A DNA stretch of 64,000 bases from IMG/VR virus record IMGVR_UViG_3300032397_000003, positions 64,001-128,000 of that record. One strand, written 5' to 3'. The notes beneath the pieces were generated by a model. That model had not been told where the DNA came from and made no database searches. It saw only the letters and a program-made list of their open reading frames with translations. This document shows positions 19,422-28,873 of this stretch, in pieces (within the stretch, counting starts at the first letter, position 1; each line of letters begins with the position of its first letter). The translations under genes and the position numbers were made by a program. The stretch comes from a virus.

Positions 19422-19928
19422 GTGGATAAAAGGTATTATATGCAAGCATTTTTACGACAGACCTTGGAAAATTATTTTTCTCAAGAGGACACATTAAATC
19501 ATCAAATATTTAATGAACTATCTTTATATATTTACTCATTAGATCACAGGATGAATGATTTGTTCATGCTTGCCAAAATTCTTGATCAAGAAAGCCTACA
19601 AAGACTGATTGCATATTATGATGGGGACATATTAAGACTCCCTTCAAGAGAAGCATATAAGACAAGTGTACTAACTGCATTATGTTTTTGGTTAAAAGTA
19701 TTTAAAGGTTATACATGGCAGGATATAAAAGATTATTTAGATATACCAGATACTCACAAAGATTTATTAAGTTCAATAAGCATAGGAGGAAAGATAAATA
19801 AAATCAAAGATACATTAGGTGCTGATATAGTTGAGATGTTAGGAACTATTGAAGAAAAAGATTTTGTAGATTTTTATAACGCATTAAACAGTAAAAAAGA
19901 GGAAGCAAACAATGACAGATCAGAATAA
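19422..19928 (+). CDS. Mor-like/HTH protein (start may be ATG 19440)
   Basis: LIAYYDGDILRLPS resembles the Mor-family motif; TWQDIKDYL HTH-like; follows TACTAATA at 19401. Confidence 0.45.
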   Translation: MDKRYYMQAFLRQTLENYFSQEDTLNHQIFNELSLYIYSLDHRMNDLFMLAKILDQESLQRLIAYYDGDILRLPSREAYKTSVLTALCFWLKVFKGYTWQDIKDYLDIPDTHKDLLSSISIGGKINKIKDTLGADIVEMLGTIEEKDFVDFYNALNSKKEEANNDRSE

Positions 19929-20379
19929 TTTAATTTCAAAAATAGAAAACATAACATCCGAAGTGGAATCAAATTCTATTGTAGATAGAAATAAAATAAA
20001 AGAAGAATCTTTTAAAAATCTAATGGGGTTTTTAAATGGTTATATAAAGAGATCAGCAAGTAAGTCTAACCTAAAAGAAAAAGTAGAACAAATGTTATTT
20101 GATAAATTAGAATCAGAAGAAGAAGATGTTCCTTATGGAGTACTTATAAAATTAATTGAAGTACTTTCTAAATCTGAAACAGATGCTTCTCTTCCTATAT
20201 TAAGAATCATTGAGTCAGCTACAAAAGTTGATAAAGAATTAGAAGCTCCTCCTGTTAATCAACCAGGATTTATAGAAGGCTCATCTGTAACTACTGAAGA
20301 TATAAAAGGATTTAAACAATTATTAGAGCTTGTAAATGGTTTAAAGAGTTCTGAATTTACTGAAGGAGAAAAAGTGTGA
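19912..20379 (+). CDS. Hypothetical helical protein
   Basis: 155-aa ORF with GAGG RBS. Confidence 0.6.
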   Translation: MTDQNNLISKIENITSEVESNSIVDRNKIKEESFKNLMGFLNGYIKRSASKSNLKEKVEQMLFDKLESEEEDVPYGVLIKLIEVLSKSETDASLPILRIIESATKVDKELEAPPVNQPGFIEGSSVTTEDIKGFKQLLELVNGLKSSEFTEGEKV

Positions 20380-21323
20380 AGTACTCATCAATTATAATTG
20401 ATATGAATAATGCCTATTGGCGTTCTGTCGCATCTTGTATTAAAAAAATAGTTGAACAAGAAAATGAAGATGCTTTCTATTCTATAACTATACAGGACTC
20501 ACTTGAAAGAATAAAACAAATAAGAGATACTTATGGTAATCAGGAAACTTCTGTTTATATTCTTCATGATAATCCTTTCTCTAAAATAAATGAAAGAGAG
20601 ATGATCGATTCATCATATAAACATGCGAGAAAGAATAAAAATATTCCACAAGTATTTTACAAATCTCTTGAAAAACTTTTAGAGATATTAAAATCTTATG
20701 ATAATAATTTTTATATTATATCACATCCTAAGTGTGAAGCCGACGACTTGGTACTTCCTGTATTACAGGATATTAAAGGATCAACCTTACTTGTAAGTGC
20801 TGATCTTGATTGGGCAAGGAGTATTGAAGATAATGGTGATCAAAAAATTCATTGGTTTAACTATTTAAAAGTTTATGATGTAGAAAATTTTACCACTGAA
20901 TATGGTTTTAATCCTTCCGGTAATGGAGTAAAAATATATAAAGCAATACATGGAGATAAGAGTGATTGTGTAGAAAACGCTGTTCCTTATTTACCTAAAG
21001 CAGTATTGTATTCTATAGTAAATAATTATGATAGTATATATGATCTACTTGCTAATATGTGGAAGGATGATACTATACCTAAACAATGGAAACTTAAAAT
21101 TCAAGAAGCTCAGGTACAACTTAAAATAAATTATCAACTTGTAGATTTTTTAAATCTTGATTTAGGATTTGATGATATAGCTTATAAATGTATAGAGGAT
21201 AAAGAAAAATTACGCTCATGGTTTTTATTGCTTGATATCCCCCTTCCAAATAATTTAAGGGATTCAAGAGATTCACATAATTTTTTAGAAAGGAAAAAGT
21301 ATAAAAGAACTCTGAGTATTTAA
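20376..21323 (+). CDS. 5'-3' exonuclease / flap endonuclease (T4 RNase H-like)
   Basis: IIDMNN, YKHAR, EADD, SADLDW, GDKSD. Confidence 0.88.
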   Translation: MKYSSIIIDMNNAYWRSVASCIKKIVEQENEDAFYSITIQDSLERIKQIRDTYGNQETSVYILHDNPFSKINEREMIDSSYKHARKNKNIPQVFYKSLEKLLEILKSYDNNFYIISHPKCEADDLVLPVLQDIKGSTLLVSADLDWARSIEDNGDQKIHWFNYLKVYDVENFTTEYGFNPSGNGVKIYKAIHGDKSDCVENAVPYLPKAVLYSIVNNYDSIYDLLANMWKDDTIPKQWKLKIQEAQVQLKINYQLVDFLNLDLGFDDIAYKCIEDKEKLRSWFLLLDIPLPNNLRDSRDSHNFLERKKYKRTLSI

Positions 21324-21366
21324 TTTTTTAAAAATTTCTATATATTATAATAGTTAAGGAGAAATT

Positions 21367-22134
21367 ATGTCAAATATTTTATTATACCATAATGATTGTC
21401 TACAAGAAATGAAAAATATATCAGATAAATCTATCGATATGATTCTGTGCGATTTACCTTATGGGACAACAGCGTGTAAGTGGGATGTAATAATTCCATT
21501 TGAACCGTTATGGAAAGAGTATAAAAGAATTATAAAAGATCGGGGATGTATTGTATTATTCGGTAGTGAACCTTTTTCAAGTTATTTGAGAATGAGTAAT
21601 ATAAAGAATTATAAGTATGATTGGATTTGGAATAAGAATAAGGGAAGTAATATTATGTTGGCAAAGAAACAACCATTGAAAATACACGAAAATATAATTG
21701 TGTTTAATTGTTCAAATTATTTTCCACAAAAAACAAGTGTTATAGGAAAAATACGAGATCAAAGAAAAGAGAAGGAAAAAATAAATCGTATAGATGGAGC
21801 GGTAACTCCGAAAGGGCCAATTAAATATTCAACGGATTATGATCCATCAAAGAAATATCCTGTATCAATCCAGTATTTTTCAAATCACAGAGAGAAAGAA
21901 TATGTACTGCACCCCACTCAAAAACCCGTAGCACTTTTAGAATACCTGATAAAAACATACACCCTTGAAAATGAAACCGTTCTTGATAATTGCATGGGTT
22001 CAGGCAGTACGGGAGTAGCTTGCGTAAATACAAATAGAAATTTTATCGGAATAGAAAAAGATGAAATATATTTTGGTGTAGCTCAAAAAAGAATAGAAGA
22101 TACATTAAAAGCAGAAAAACGAAGATTATTTTAA
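21367..22134 (+). CDS. DNA N4/N6 methyltransferase (beta class)
   Basis: CDLPYG, HPTQKP, VLDNCMGSGST. Confidence 0.92.
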   Translation: MSNILLYHNDCLQEMKNISDKSIDMILCDLPYGTTACKWDVIIPFEPLWKEYKRIIKDRGCIVLFGSEPFSSYLRMSNIKNYKYDWIWNKNKGSNIMLAKKQPLKIHENIIVFNCSNYFPQKTSVIGKIRDQRKEKEKINRIDGAVTPKGPIKYSTDYDPSKKYPVSIQYFSNHREKEYVLHPTQKPVALLEYLIKTYTLENETVLDNCMGSGSTGVACVNTNRNFIGIEKDEIYFGVAQKRIEDTLKAEKRRLF

Positions 22135-22148
22135 ATTAAGGAGAAATT

Positions 22149-23531
22149 ATGTCGGAGTTTGAAAAATTTATCCCTTCCGTGGAAGAGGATGAAAAATATG
22201 TATTACATTATATTTTAAAAAATCCAAAAGAACATTTTATAATAGATAAAGAAGATTTTATTTCAAACAATGGAAAGAAAGTTTATAATACTTTCTTTGA
22301 TTGTTTTAATAATTTAGGTATACAAACATTTGATAGAAGAGTTATACAAAAGAATTGTCCTTCTATAGATATTGAATATCTTAATAGTATTTTTGATAAA
22401 CAGAATCAAGATTTAAATCTTATAAAATCTTGTATTAAAAATATTAAAGATTATAAAGTAAAACTTCATATAGGTGAGACCGTAGAAAAATTCCTTGTAT
22501 CTACTACATCTAAAGGAGAGTTGAATTATGATACTATAAGAGGATTAGCTGATGGTATATTATATAATTCTATAAAACTAGATGATGATAAAACTGTTAG
22601 AACTTTTGAAGATTTATGTGACACCTATGAGGAGACTTTAGAGAAAAGAGAAAATGGTTTAAATAAAAGAACATATGGTTTTAATGTTATAGATAAGATG
22701 CTTATGAGACCAGCAGCTGCTGGAGAGATGACCACAGTATTTGGTATGAAAGGATCAGGAAAATCACTTCTTGTAAAGTGTATGGAAAATGTTTTAGTCA
22801 ATAAAGGTGTATGTGTTATATCAGTAAATCTTGAAATGGTAGAGGAAAGTAATATGGATAGATTGATGTCTATGGAAACTAATCTTTCACTTGAAGAACT
22901 TCTATCTGATAATAAATCAGAGGAGACAAAACAAATTATAAAAGATAATATAGAAACAAAAAGAAAAAGAAAAAACTATGCTTATTATGCAGAACCAATA
23001 ATGACTCTAAGTGACTTAGATGCATTCATATACAAGTGCAAACAGAAGTTCAAAGAAGCAGGAGTTTTACCTGAAGATGGTTATTGTGTACTTACAACAG
23101 ATTTAACAGAACAGATTGAGGAACTGTCAGGTAAGGCAGGAACAGAATTAAAACCCGGAGTGAATAGATTATTACAAATAACAAAGAAACATAATATTCA
23201 TACTATATGTACACTACAATCAAATGAAAATATTTTTAGATCCGGAAAATCTTTTGCCTCCCCTGAGGCTTGTGATAGTTTTACTTTACAACCGGAAGCG
23301 GTGGAAGGTGGTAGTGTCTACGCTGCTCGTAGTAGGATTGTAATGGCAATAAATAGACCACTAACTTTAAAGAGACGCTTCTTTCCGGCGAGAGAGGAGG
23401 AGTGGAATTTGGAGACGGACATCGTATTTTGTAGTATCGTGAAGCAGAACGATTCCCAATACCTCTCAAGGACGCCGTTCATCTTTGGGGGATCATCATT
23501 CAGATTGTTCCCTTATAAGAAGACAGACTAA
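22149..23531 (+). CDS. DnaB-like (SF4) replicative helicase
   Basis: Walker A GMKGSGKS, NLEM, KQN. Confidence 0.8.
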   Translation: MSEFEKFIPSVEEDEKYVLHYILKNPKEHFIIDKEDFISNNGKKVYNTFFDCFNNLGIQTFDRRVIQKNCPSIDIEYLNSIFDKQNQDLNLIKSCIKNIKDYKVKLHIGETVEKFLVSTTSKGELNYDTIRGLADGILYNSIKLDDDKTVRTFEDLCDTYEETLEKRENGLNKRTYGFNVIDKMLMRPAAAGEMTTVFGMKGSGKSLLVKCMENVLVNKGVCVISVNLEMVEESNMDRLMSMETNLSLEELLSDNKSEETKQIIKDNIETKRKRKNYAYYAEPIMTLSDLDAFIYKCKQKFKEAGVLPEDGYCVLTTDLTEQIEELSGKAGTELKPGVNRLLQITKKHNIHTICTLQSNENIFRSGKSFASPEACDSFTLQPEAVEGGSVYAARSRIVMAINRPLTLKRRFFPAREEEWNLETDIVFCSIVKQNDSQYLSRTPFIFGGSSFRLFPYKKTD

Positions 23532-23558
23532 TACTAATTAGAAAATAGGGGGAGTATA

Positions 23559-23720
23559 ATGGATAAGGATTATTACTGTAATAAAAGATGTATAAGAATA
23601 GATTCAGATTTTGAGATATGTAAGGATTGTACTAAAAGAAAGTTGTCTGGATTTGAAGACATACAAATGTGTAAAGAGTTTAATATAACCTATATCAGTG
23701 AGGATAAAGAATGTCAGTAG
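23559..23720 (+). CDS. Small Cys-rich hypothetical protein
   Basis: Read by eye: MDKDYYCNKRC..ICKDC..*; GGGGAG RBS; TACTAATT upstream. Confidence 0.5.
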   Translation: MDKDYYCNKRCIRIDSDFEICKDCTKRKLSGFEDIQMCKEFNITYISEDKECQ

Positions 23721-23974
23721 CGTGTAATTTCAAGTGTGAGAAGTGTAATCAAATATTCGAGGTACATAAAGAAACGGCAACAGAAAACTTCGGGAGTTCT
23801 AGTAAATGTCCTTATTGTGGAGCGATTGAAACTTATAGAGTTTGGGGAATAGCGGATTTCTCCGTATCAGGAGGGATGTTGGGTAATAGTCTAAATGGTT
23901 ATGACTCGAATATAACCTACCATCCTTCAAACTATGGTAGATTTAAAGGAACTAAAATAAGAGGTATTAAATGA
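23711..23974 (+). CDS. FmdB-like zinc-ribbon protein
   Basis: FKCEKCNQIFE...CPYCG. Confidence 0.7.
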   Translation: MSVACNFKCEKCNQIFEVHKETATENFGSSSKCPYCGAIETYRVWGIADFSVSGGMLGNSLNGYDSNITYHPSNYGRFKGTKIRGIK

Positions 23975-24201
23975 TTATTTTTAAAGACTTGCCAAAAATA
24001 TCTGAAAAATTATTAGATGAACTTAAAGTAGGTGATATATTAAAACGTAAATCAGATGGTTGTTTTTATGAATTAAATAATATTACTGAGCATTCTGAAA
24101 CTCATAATTTTGTTTATAGTTTTTACGGATTTGCTGTTAAGATGTCTAAAAATCTTAAAGTTCATTTTGAAACAAATAACAGTTTATTTTTAGTTCACTA
24201 G
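23971..24201 (+). CDS. Hypothetical protein
   Basis: ATGA-coupled ORF. Confidence 0.5.
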   Translation: MIIFKDLPKISEKLLDELKVGDILKRKSDGCFYELNNITEHSETHNFVYSFYGFAVKMSKNLKVHFETNNSLFLVH

Positions 24202-24289
24202 AAATATAACAGAAATTTTTTAATTATAACGAAAAATTCTATATATTATAGATATAGAAATAATTTAAATAAGGATAATAGGGATAACA

Positions 24290-24502
24290 ATGGTAATACA
24301 ATTAGATAGATTAAATTGTTTAGTTTGTGACAATAAATTAGAAATGATATCTTTAGATGGTAAGTGTTTTCCTAAAGGAACTATATATTTGCAATCTGTA
24401 AAAATTCCTTTAGAGAATACTCCTCTAAGATATCATAGTTTCTTTTGTGATAAATGTGAGAGTATAACTAAATGCTTAACAATAGTATCTGAAGATAATT
24501 AA
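24290..24502 (+). CDS. Zn-finger-like hypothetical protein
   Basis: CLVC...CDKC; after a class-I promoter. Confidence 0.55.
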   Translation: MVIQLDRLNCLVCDNKLEMISLDGKCFPKGTIYLQSVKIPLENTPLRYHSFFCDKCESITKCLTIVSEDN

Positions 24503-24621
24503 GGAGAAATAAAAATGAAAGAAGTTACGGCTTTAAGTATTGGAATAATGGTAGGTGTGATAGATTGTTTATTTATTATTTATTTGATTGCTAAAGTATC
24601 TTTTCTACATGTGTTAATTAT

Positions 24622-25011
24622 ATGAGTTACAAAAGATTAGTCTTAAACAGAATTAAAACGCCTGATGGCACCCTACTTACTTCATATCATCAACATGATT
24701 ATGTAACGTATGTTGATGATAATGGATTAGAATATATGGTAGATGGGGGTTCTTTTTATGCAAGAAGAAATGTTCATGATGATTTTCCTTATGAAGAACT
24801 TTCTATCTATGAATGTGCCCCGTTTGAAATAATTAGAAAGGTCCTATCTTGGGGAACAAGAGGACAAAAAGTAGATAAGCCTCTTATATGGATTGTACTA
24901 GAGGATATGGAAACAGATCATATTGAAAAATGTTTAGAAATTCCTAACATTGATAAGATGTATAAAGATTTCTTTGAGAAAGAATTAAAGTATAGGGGTA
25001 TGGTTAGGTGA
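24622..25011 (+). CDS. Conserved phage protein
   Basis: TPDGTLLTSYHQHDY, MVDGG, WGTRG, METDHI pattern. Confidence 0.7.
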   Translation: MSYKRLVLNRIKTPDGTLLTSYHQHDYVTYVDDNGLEYMVDGGSFYARRNVHDDFPYEELSIYECAPFEIIRKVLSWGTRGQKVDKPLIWIVLEDMETDHIEKCLEIPNIDKMYKDFFEKELKYRGMVR

Positions 25012-25493
25012 GACAGAATGTTGATGTGTATAAAGAAATGAGGGTAGATGATGAGAGAAGATTCTACCCTTCTTATTATCCAGTTGCAAAACATGAACCA
25101 TTGAATAGTAATTTTACAATACTAGAGAGTCCAGAAGATATTGGATATGGTTTGATAAGTTTAGTTTCTTTTGAACCCACTGATTTAATTGCTCAATGTA
25201 TGGGAGTTGCTATTGATTTTCAAACTTTACATTCTTTAGAGCACAAAGAAAATATTTTTTACCATGATCCATTCTTTAGTGGGTATCTCCTTCATTCATG
25301 TCAACCAAATGCAAAATTAGATATGTCTAATTTTACTTTACACGCTGTAGAGCATATATCTGCTTTTTCATTGATTACAATTGATTATAATGCTACAGAG
25401 AAAAAATTATATCAAGGTTTCGATTGTCTGTGTGGACATGATTGTTGTAAAGGATGGATTGGGGGGTATTCTTATAAGGAGGAAAGTAGATGA
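25008..25493 (+). CDS. SET-domain (lysine methyltransferase-like) protein with post-SET Zn motif
   Basis: GYGL, LHSCQPN, LITIDY, FDCLCGHDCCKG. Confidence 0.85.
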   Translation: MRQNVDVYKEMRVDDERRFYPSYYPVAKHEPLNSNFTILESPEDIGYGLISLVSFEPTDLIAQCMGVAIDFQTLHSLEHKENIFYHDPFFSGYLLHSCQPNAKLDMSNFTLHAVEHISAFSLITIDYNATEKKLYQGFDCLCGHDCCKGWIGGYSYKEESR

Positions 25494-25752
25494 TAAATGG
25501 AATAGCAATAATTGTAAGTATACTTGCAATGGCTATATGTGCTTTGAAGGGTAATGATACTCTTGTAATAATGAATGGCTTCTTGCTTATCTTTAATGTG
25601 ATATTATTAGTTATGAGGGATAAATAATATTTCAAATTTAAATTTAATTTTTAATGGAATTTCTATATATTGTAAGTATAAAAATAATTTAGGGTTGTAG
25701 CACAAGTAAATTGTTGTGACAACAATAAACCAATATATTAAAGGAGGTAAAA

Positions 25753-26223
25753 ATGCAATATCTAAAGAGTCACATGGATCAAAAATGTCGTCCTTATGCA
25801 TCTAAAGCTATAAGGGAAGGTTGTAATATATTAGAAATAGATTTACAAATGGCACAAGGAGAAATAGTTTTAGGACATAATTTTAGACCTCCATTAAAGA
25901 TGCTTTTTGACTGTACTCTTGATGAATATCTACATAGAATAGCAGAATCACATCCTGGAGTAAAAGTAATAGTTCAATTAGATATTAAAGAAATATGTAT
26001 TACTTCTAAGGGTATGAAAAACTTTTCTAAAAAATTGGCAGATCAACTTATTCCATATTTTAATGGCAACATTGAAATAATTGTTTCAGCTAATTCGGGT
26101 TTTAATCGTTTAAAAACTCTTGAATATGTAAGGTCATATCTAAATACTTCTGGTTGGCCAGCCCCTATATGGTACGAATGGAGAGAAGGAAAGGATATTA
26201 AAACGGTTGATTTATGGAGATGA
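25753..26223 (+). CDS. PLC/GDPD-like phosphodiesterase, partial TIM barrel
   Basis: SH.D, AIREGCNILEIDL, IVLGH, QLDIK. Confidence 0.55.
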   Translation: MQYLKSHMDQKCRPYASKAIREGCNILEIDLQMAQGEIVLGHNFRPPLKMLFDCTLDEYLHRIAESHPGVKVIVQLDIKEICITSKGMKNFSKKLADQLIPYFNGNIEIIVSANSGFNRLKTLEYVRSYLNTSGWPAPIWYEWREGKDIKTVDLWR

Positions 26224-26368
26224 AACGTGAAGACTATAGTAAGGCATTTGATAGATATCGGATAGTCCTTGCACAGCATAAGATACATGGTAGAGATAAG
26301 ATTATAGGCTTAATGTTTTATGGATATTCTGAAGAGGTGTCAAAAAAAATCATAGAAAAATGGAATGA

Positions 26369-26611
26369 GTGTTACTCAGGGGGGAGTCTATGAACAAAGC
26401 AAGAAATAACTTTTATAATATTTTTATAAAACCAAAAGAATTAACAAGTGAAGATTTAGTGAATATTCATAATTATATATCTGAACTTGAAGCAGATAAA
26501 GCGGAGTTAATAGAATTTGTGGAGGAGATTCAAAATAGTTTTTCTATTTATACATATGACGAATTTAAGGATTGGAATGATAGAGTAAACAAATTCAAGG
26601 AGGAAAGATGA
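26369..26611 (+). CDS. Hypothetical protein (start likely ATG 26390)
   Basis: GGGGGAG RBS before MNKARN. Confidence 0.5.
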   Translation: MLLRGESMNKARNNFYNIFIKPKELTSEDLVNIHNYISELEADKAELIEFVEEIQNSFSIYTYDEFKDWNDRVNKFKEER

Positions 26612-26931
26612 AATGTGAAGATTGTAATTGTTTCTATCATAGAAGACAAAAGGAGAAAGAAATGGAAAAACAAAAGTTTCAGTTTGAGAGTGTTGAAGCA
26701 TTTCAAATATATGATAATCAAATAAATAGCAGTACATATAATGAAAGATTAAAACGAGCTATTCAGTATGGTTACATCCGCAAATCAGAACTTGAAACAC
26801 TGGTTGAGGAAGCGGAAGAGATTTATGATGAAGCGTTTGATGATAAAAGTACAAAATATACAGCATTGGAAATGAAGCAATATCACGCAATTCAAGCCTT
26901 AAAAAAAGATCATCCGGAGTTTAAGAAATGA
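26608..26931 (+). CDS. Hypothetical protein
   Basis: Coupled ORF; AAGGAG before MEKQKF. Confidence 0.55.
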   Translation: MKCEDCNCFYHRRQKEKEMEKQKFQFESVEAFQIYDNQINSSTYNERLKRAIQYGYIRKSELETLVEEAEEIYDEAFDDKSTKYTALEMKQYHAIQALKKDHPEFKK

Positions 26932-27097
26932 TAACTGAATGTAAAAACTGTGTACTACAAAGAAACTTTGAATGCCCTCAGTATTTGGGAGAAGCTGTTG
27001 GATGGCGATGGTTCACAAGAACAGATGATTCTTGGAAAGATTGTTATAAGAATTATTTAGCTAAGAAAGAATTAGATTAAAATTTAGGAGAAGTAAA

Positions 27098-27454
27098 ATG
27101 AAAAAATACATAGCAATAGTAATAATATTAGCGATATCAATAGGAATCAATATATGGTTCTTTGCGGGTAAAGGGATTCAGATTTATAATTATACCAGAA
27201 ATATAAATCATCAGGAACAATATCAACAGCAATGGCAGGGGATGCTATCTATCAATCAGTTTATGACTCAGGGAAATACTCTCGAGTGGAAACTTGTTAA
27301 ATGCTTGTTAGAAGATGTACCTGCAGAACTAAATAAATTGCACCCAATATCTAGTCTATATTGTAAGATTACTCTACATTCTAATTCAGCATGGGTTGAT
27401 CTAATTTATCCAGATATTTTTACTAAAACAAAAGATGTAGAGGTTAAGAAATAA
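27098..27454 (+). CDS. Membrane-anchored hypothetical protein
   Basis: N-terminal hydrophobic helix; AGGAG RBS. Confidence 0.65.
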   Translation: MKKYIAIVIILAISIGINIWFFAGKGIQIYNYTRNINHQEQYQQQWQGMLSINQFMTQGNTLEWKLVKCLLEDVPAELNKLHPISSLYCKITLHSNSAWVDLIYPDIFTKTKDVEVKK

Positions 27455-27703
27455 ATGTTTTACGAAGGTGATGAAGTTAGAACTTGTTCTAAAGTCACTC
27501 AGAAGACTAAAGATATTCTAGTTGCTAATGGTATTAAACCCGGACAGAAAGGAATAGTTATATCTGAAGTAACCATAGTAACTGTTAATTTCGGTGGTAA
27601 AATAGTAACCTTAGATGAAAATGCTATAGAGTCTATTCTTGAGTATAAACCTAATAATAACTTTGATCTAGATGATTTAAAAGGATTATTTGGAATGAAA
27701 TAA
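27455..27703 (+). CDS. Hypothetical protein (SH3/KOW-like)
   Basis: GDEVR...GQKGIV pattern. Confidence 0.55.
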   Translation: MFYEGDEVRTCSKVTQKTKDILVANGIKPGQKGIVISEVTIVTVNFGGKIVTLDENAIESILEYKPNNNFDLDDLKGLFGMK

Positions 27704-27715
27704 TAAGGAGGAAGA

Positions 27716-28039
27716 ATGAATAAAAAATATTTAATAGTAATACTATCTTTAATTATGTTTTCAATAATTCTTGGTTTATGTATAGCGTTTTATACGCACG
27801 ATAAAATAAATAAATTTGAAGCAAAACTTAAAGAAACTTATTCTGAAGTAGTATATATTAAAAATAGTCAATTTATAGTCTCAGATAAAAAAGGAGATAT
27901 TCATTTAATAAATATGTCAGGTAAAACTCAAATCTTACTTTCTCTACAGGACATCGAAAGTGGATTAAATAGAGATTTCACTCTAAAGGATATTAGTAAA
28001 CCAGATTTAAAATTAAAGCATAATTTTACTAATAAATAA
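27716..28039 (+). CDS. Membrane-anchored hypothetical protein
   Basis: N-terminal TM helix; AAGGAGG RBS. Confidence 0.65.
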   Translation: MNKKYLIVILSLIMFSIILGLCIAFYTHDKINKFEAKLKETYSEVVYIKNSQFIVSDKKGDIHLINMSGKTQILLSLQDIESGLNRDFTLKDISKPDLKLKHNFTNK

Positions 28040-28053
28040 TAAAGAGGGTAAAG

Positions 28054-28860
28054 ATGAAAAAATGGTTATGGATTTTTAGTGGATTACTGTTATGCTATAC
28101 TGTATTATGTATTAGTCTTGCTAATAAGGGATTTGGAGCAGAATATGAAGAAAGTGTAACTAAATATAAAGATAACTATTTTTTGTTTGGTGATAAAGAA
28201 GCTCAAACAAAAGTACAGGTTTCGGTAAAATATAATATTCTTTATCCTTCTGAAACAGGATTTAATTTAGGATATACCCAAACAAGTAACTGGATTGTTT
28301 ATAGTGGAAGAGATACCTTTTATACAATGTATCAACCGGAAGCATTTTTTAATTTTGAATCAGGTAAAAATATATTTAAAGATTATATTATTCCTTATGT
28401 GGATTATATTCAAGTATCTCCTATATGTCATAATAGTACTGGAGTAGAAGGGGATAATCATAGAAGTATAAATATATATTATGCACAAGTACAAGCATCG
28501 ATTGGTGATGTATATAACTTTGGATTAAATCTAAAAGGTTTTGGTTATTATACAATAGCAGATAAAAATAAAGATATAAGAGACTACAAAGGATACTACG
28601 AGGCAAAGTTATTTTTTAAGTTAAAAAGTAAAACAGTTGAATACTTAGATAAAGAAGAATTAGCATTTTCATTTGGTGGTTATGATAAATCGGATTATGA
28701 TCATACAAGAAAAGGTTGGTTTTGTATAGAGGCTAGATTTAGAATCATAACAACGTATGTACAACCAAAACTATTTTGCCAATTTTATCGGGGGTATAAT
28801 GAGTTCATGGTCCAGTACAACAAAAAAACAAACTCTGTTCGTGTAGGTTTAGTATTTTAA
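28054..28860 (+). CDS. pldA: Outer-membrane phospholipase A (OMPLA/PldA family)
   Basis: Signal peptide; NYFL, KVQVSVKY, GYTQTSNW, YQPE, HNSTG...RSIN (cf. HxSNG...RSWN), GYNEFMVQYN, C-terminal RVGLVF beta-signal. Confidence 0.85.
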   Translation: MKKWLWIFSGLLLCYTVLCISLANKGFGAEYEESVTKYKDNYFLFGDKEAQTKVQVSVKYNILYPSETGFNLGYTQTSNWIVYSGRDTFYTMYQPEAFFNFESGKNIFKDYIIPYVDYIQVSPICHNSTGVEGDNHRSINIYYAQVQASIGDVYNFGLNLKGFGYYTIADKNKDIRDYKGYYEAKLFFKLKSKTVEYLDKEELAFSFGGYDKSDYDHTRKGWFCIEARFRIITTYVQPKLFCQFYRGYNEFMVQYNKKTNSVRVGLVF

Positions 28861-28873
28861 AGAGGTAGATTAA

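Noticed and set aside
331-23531. Introns or inteins in nrdD, polA or the helicase
   Set aside because: ORFs are continuous and of ordinary size, with no intein splice or homing-endonuclease motifs noticed
25691-25731. Third tRNA (gggttgtagcacaag...)
   Set aside because: tRNA-like start but no T arm or matching acceptor strand; only a small hairpin
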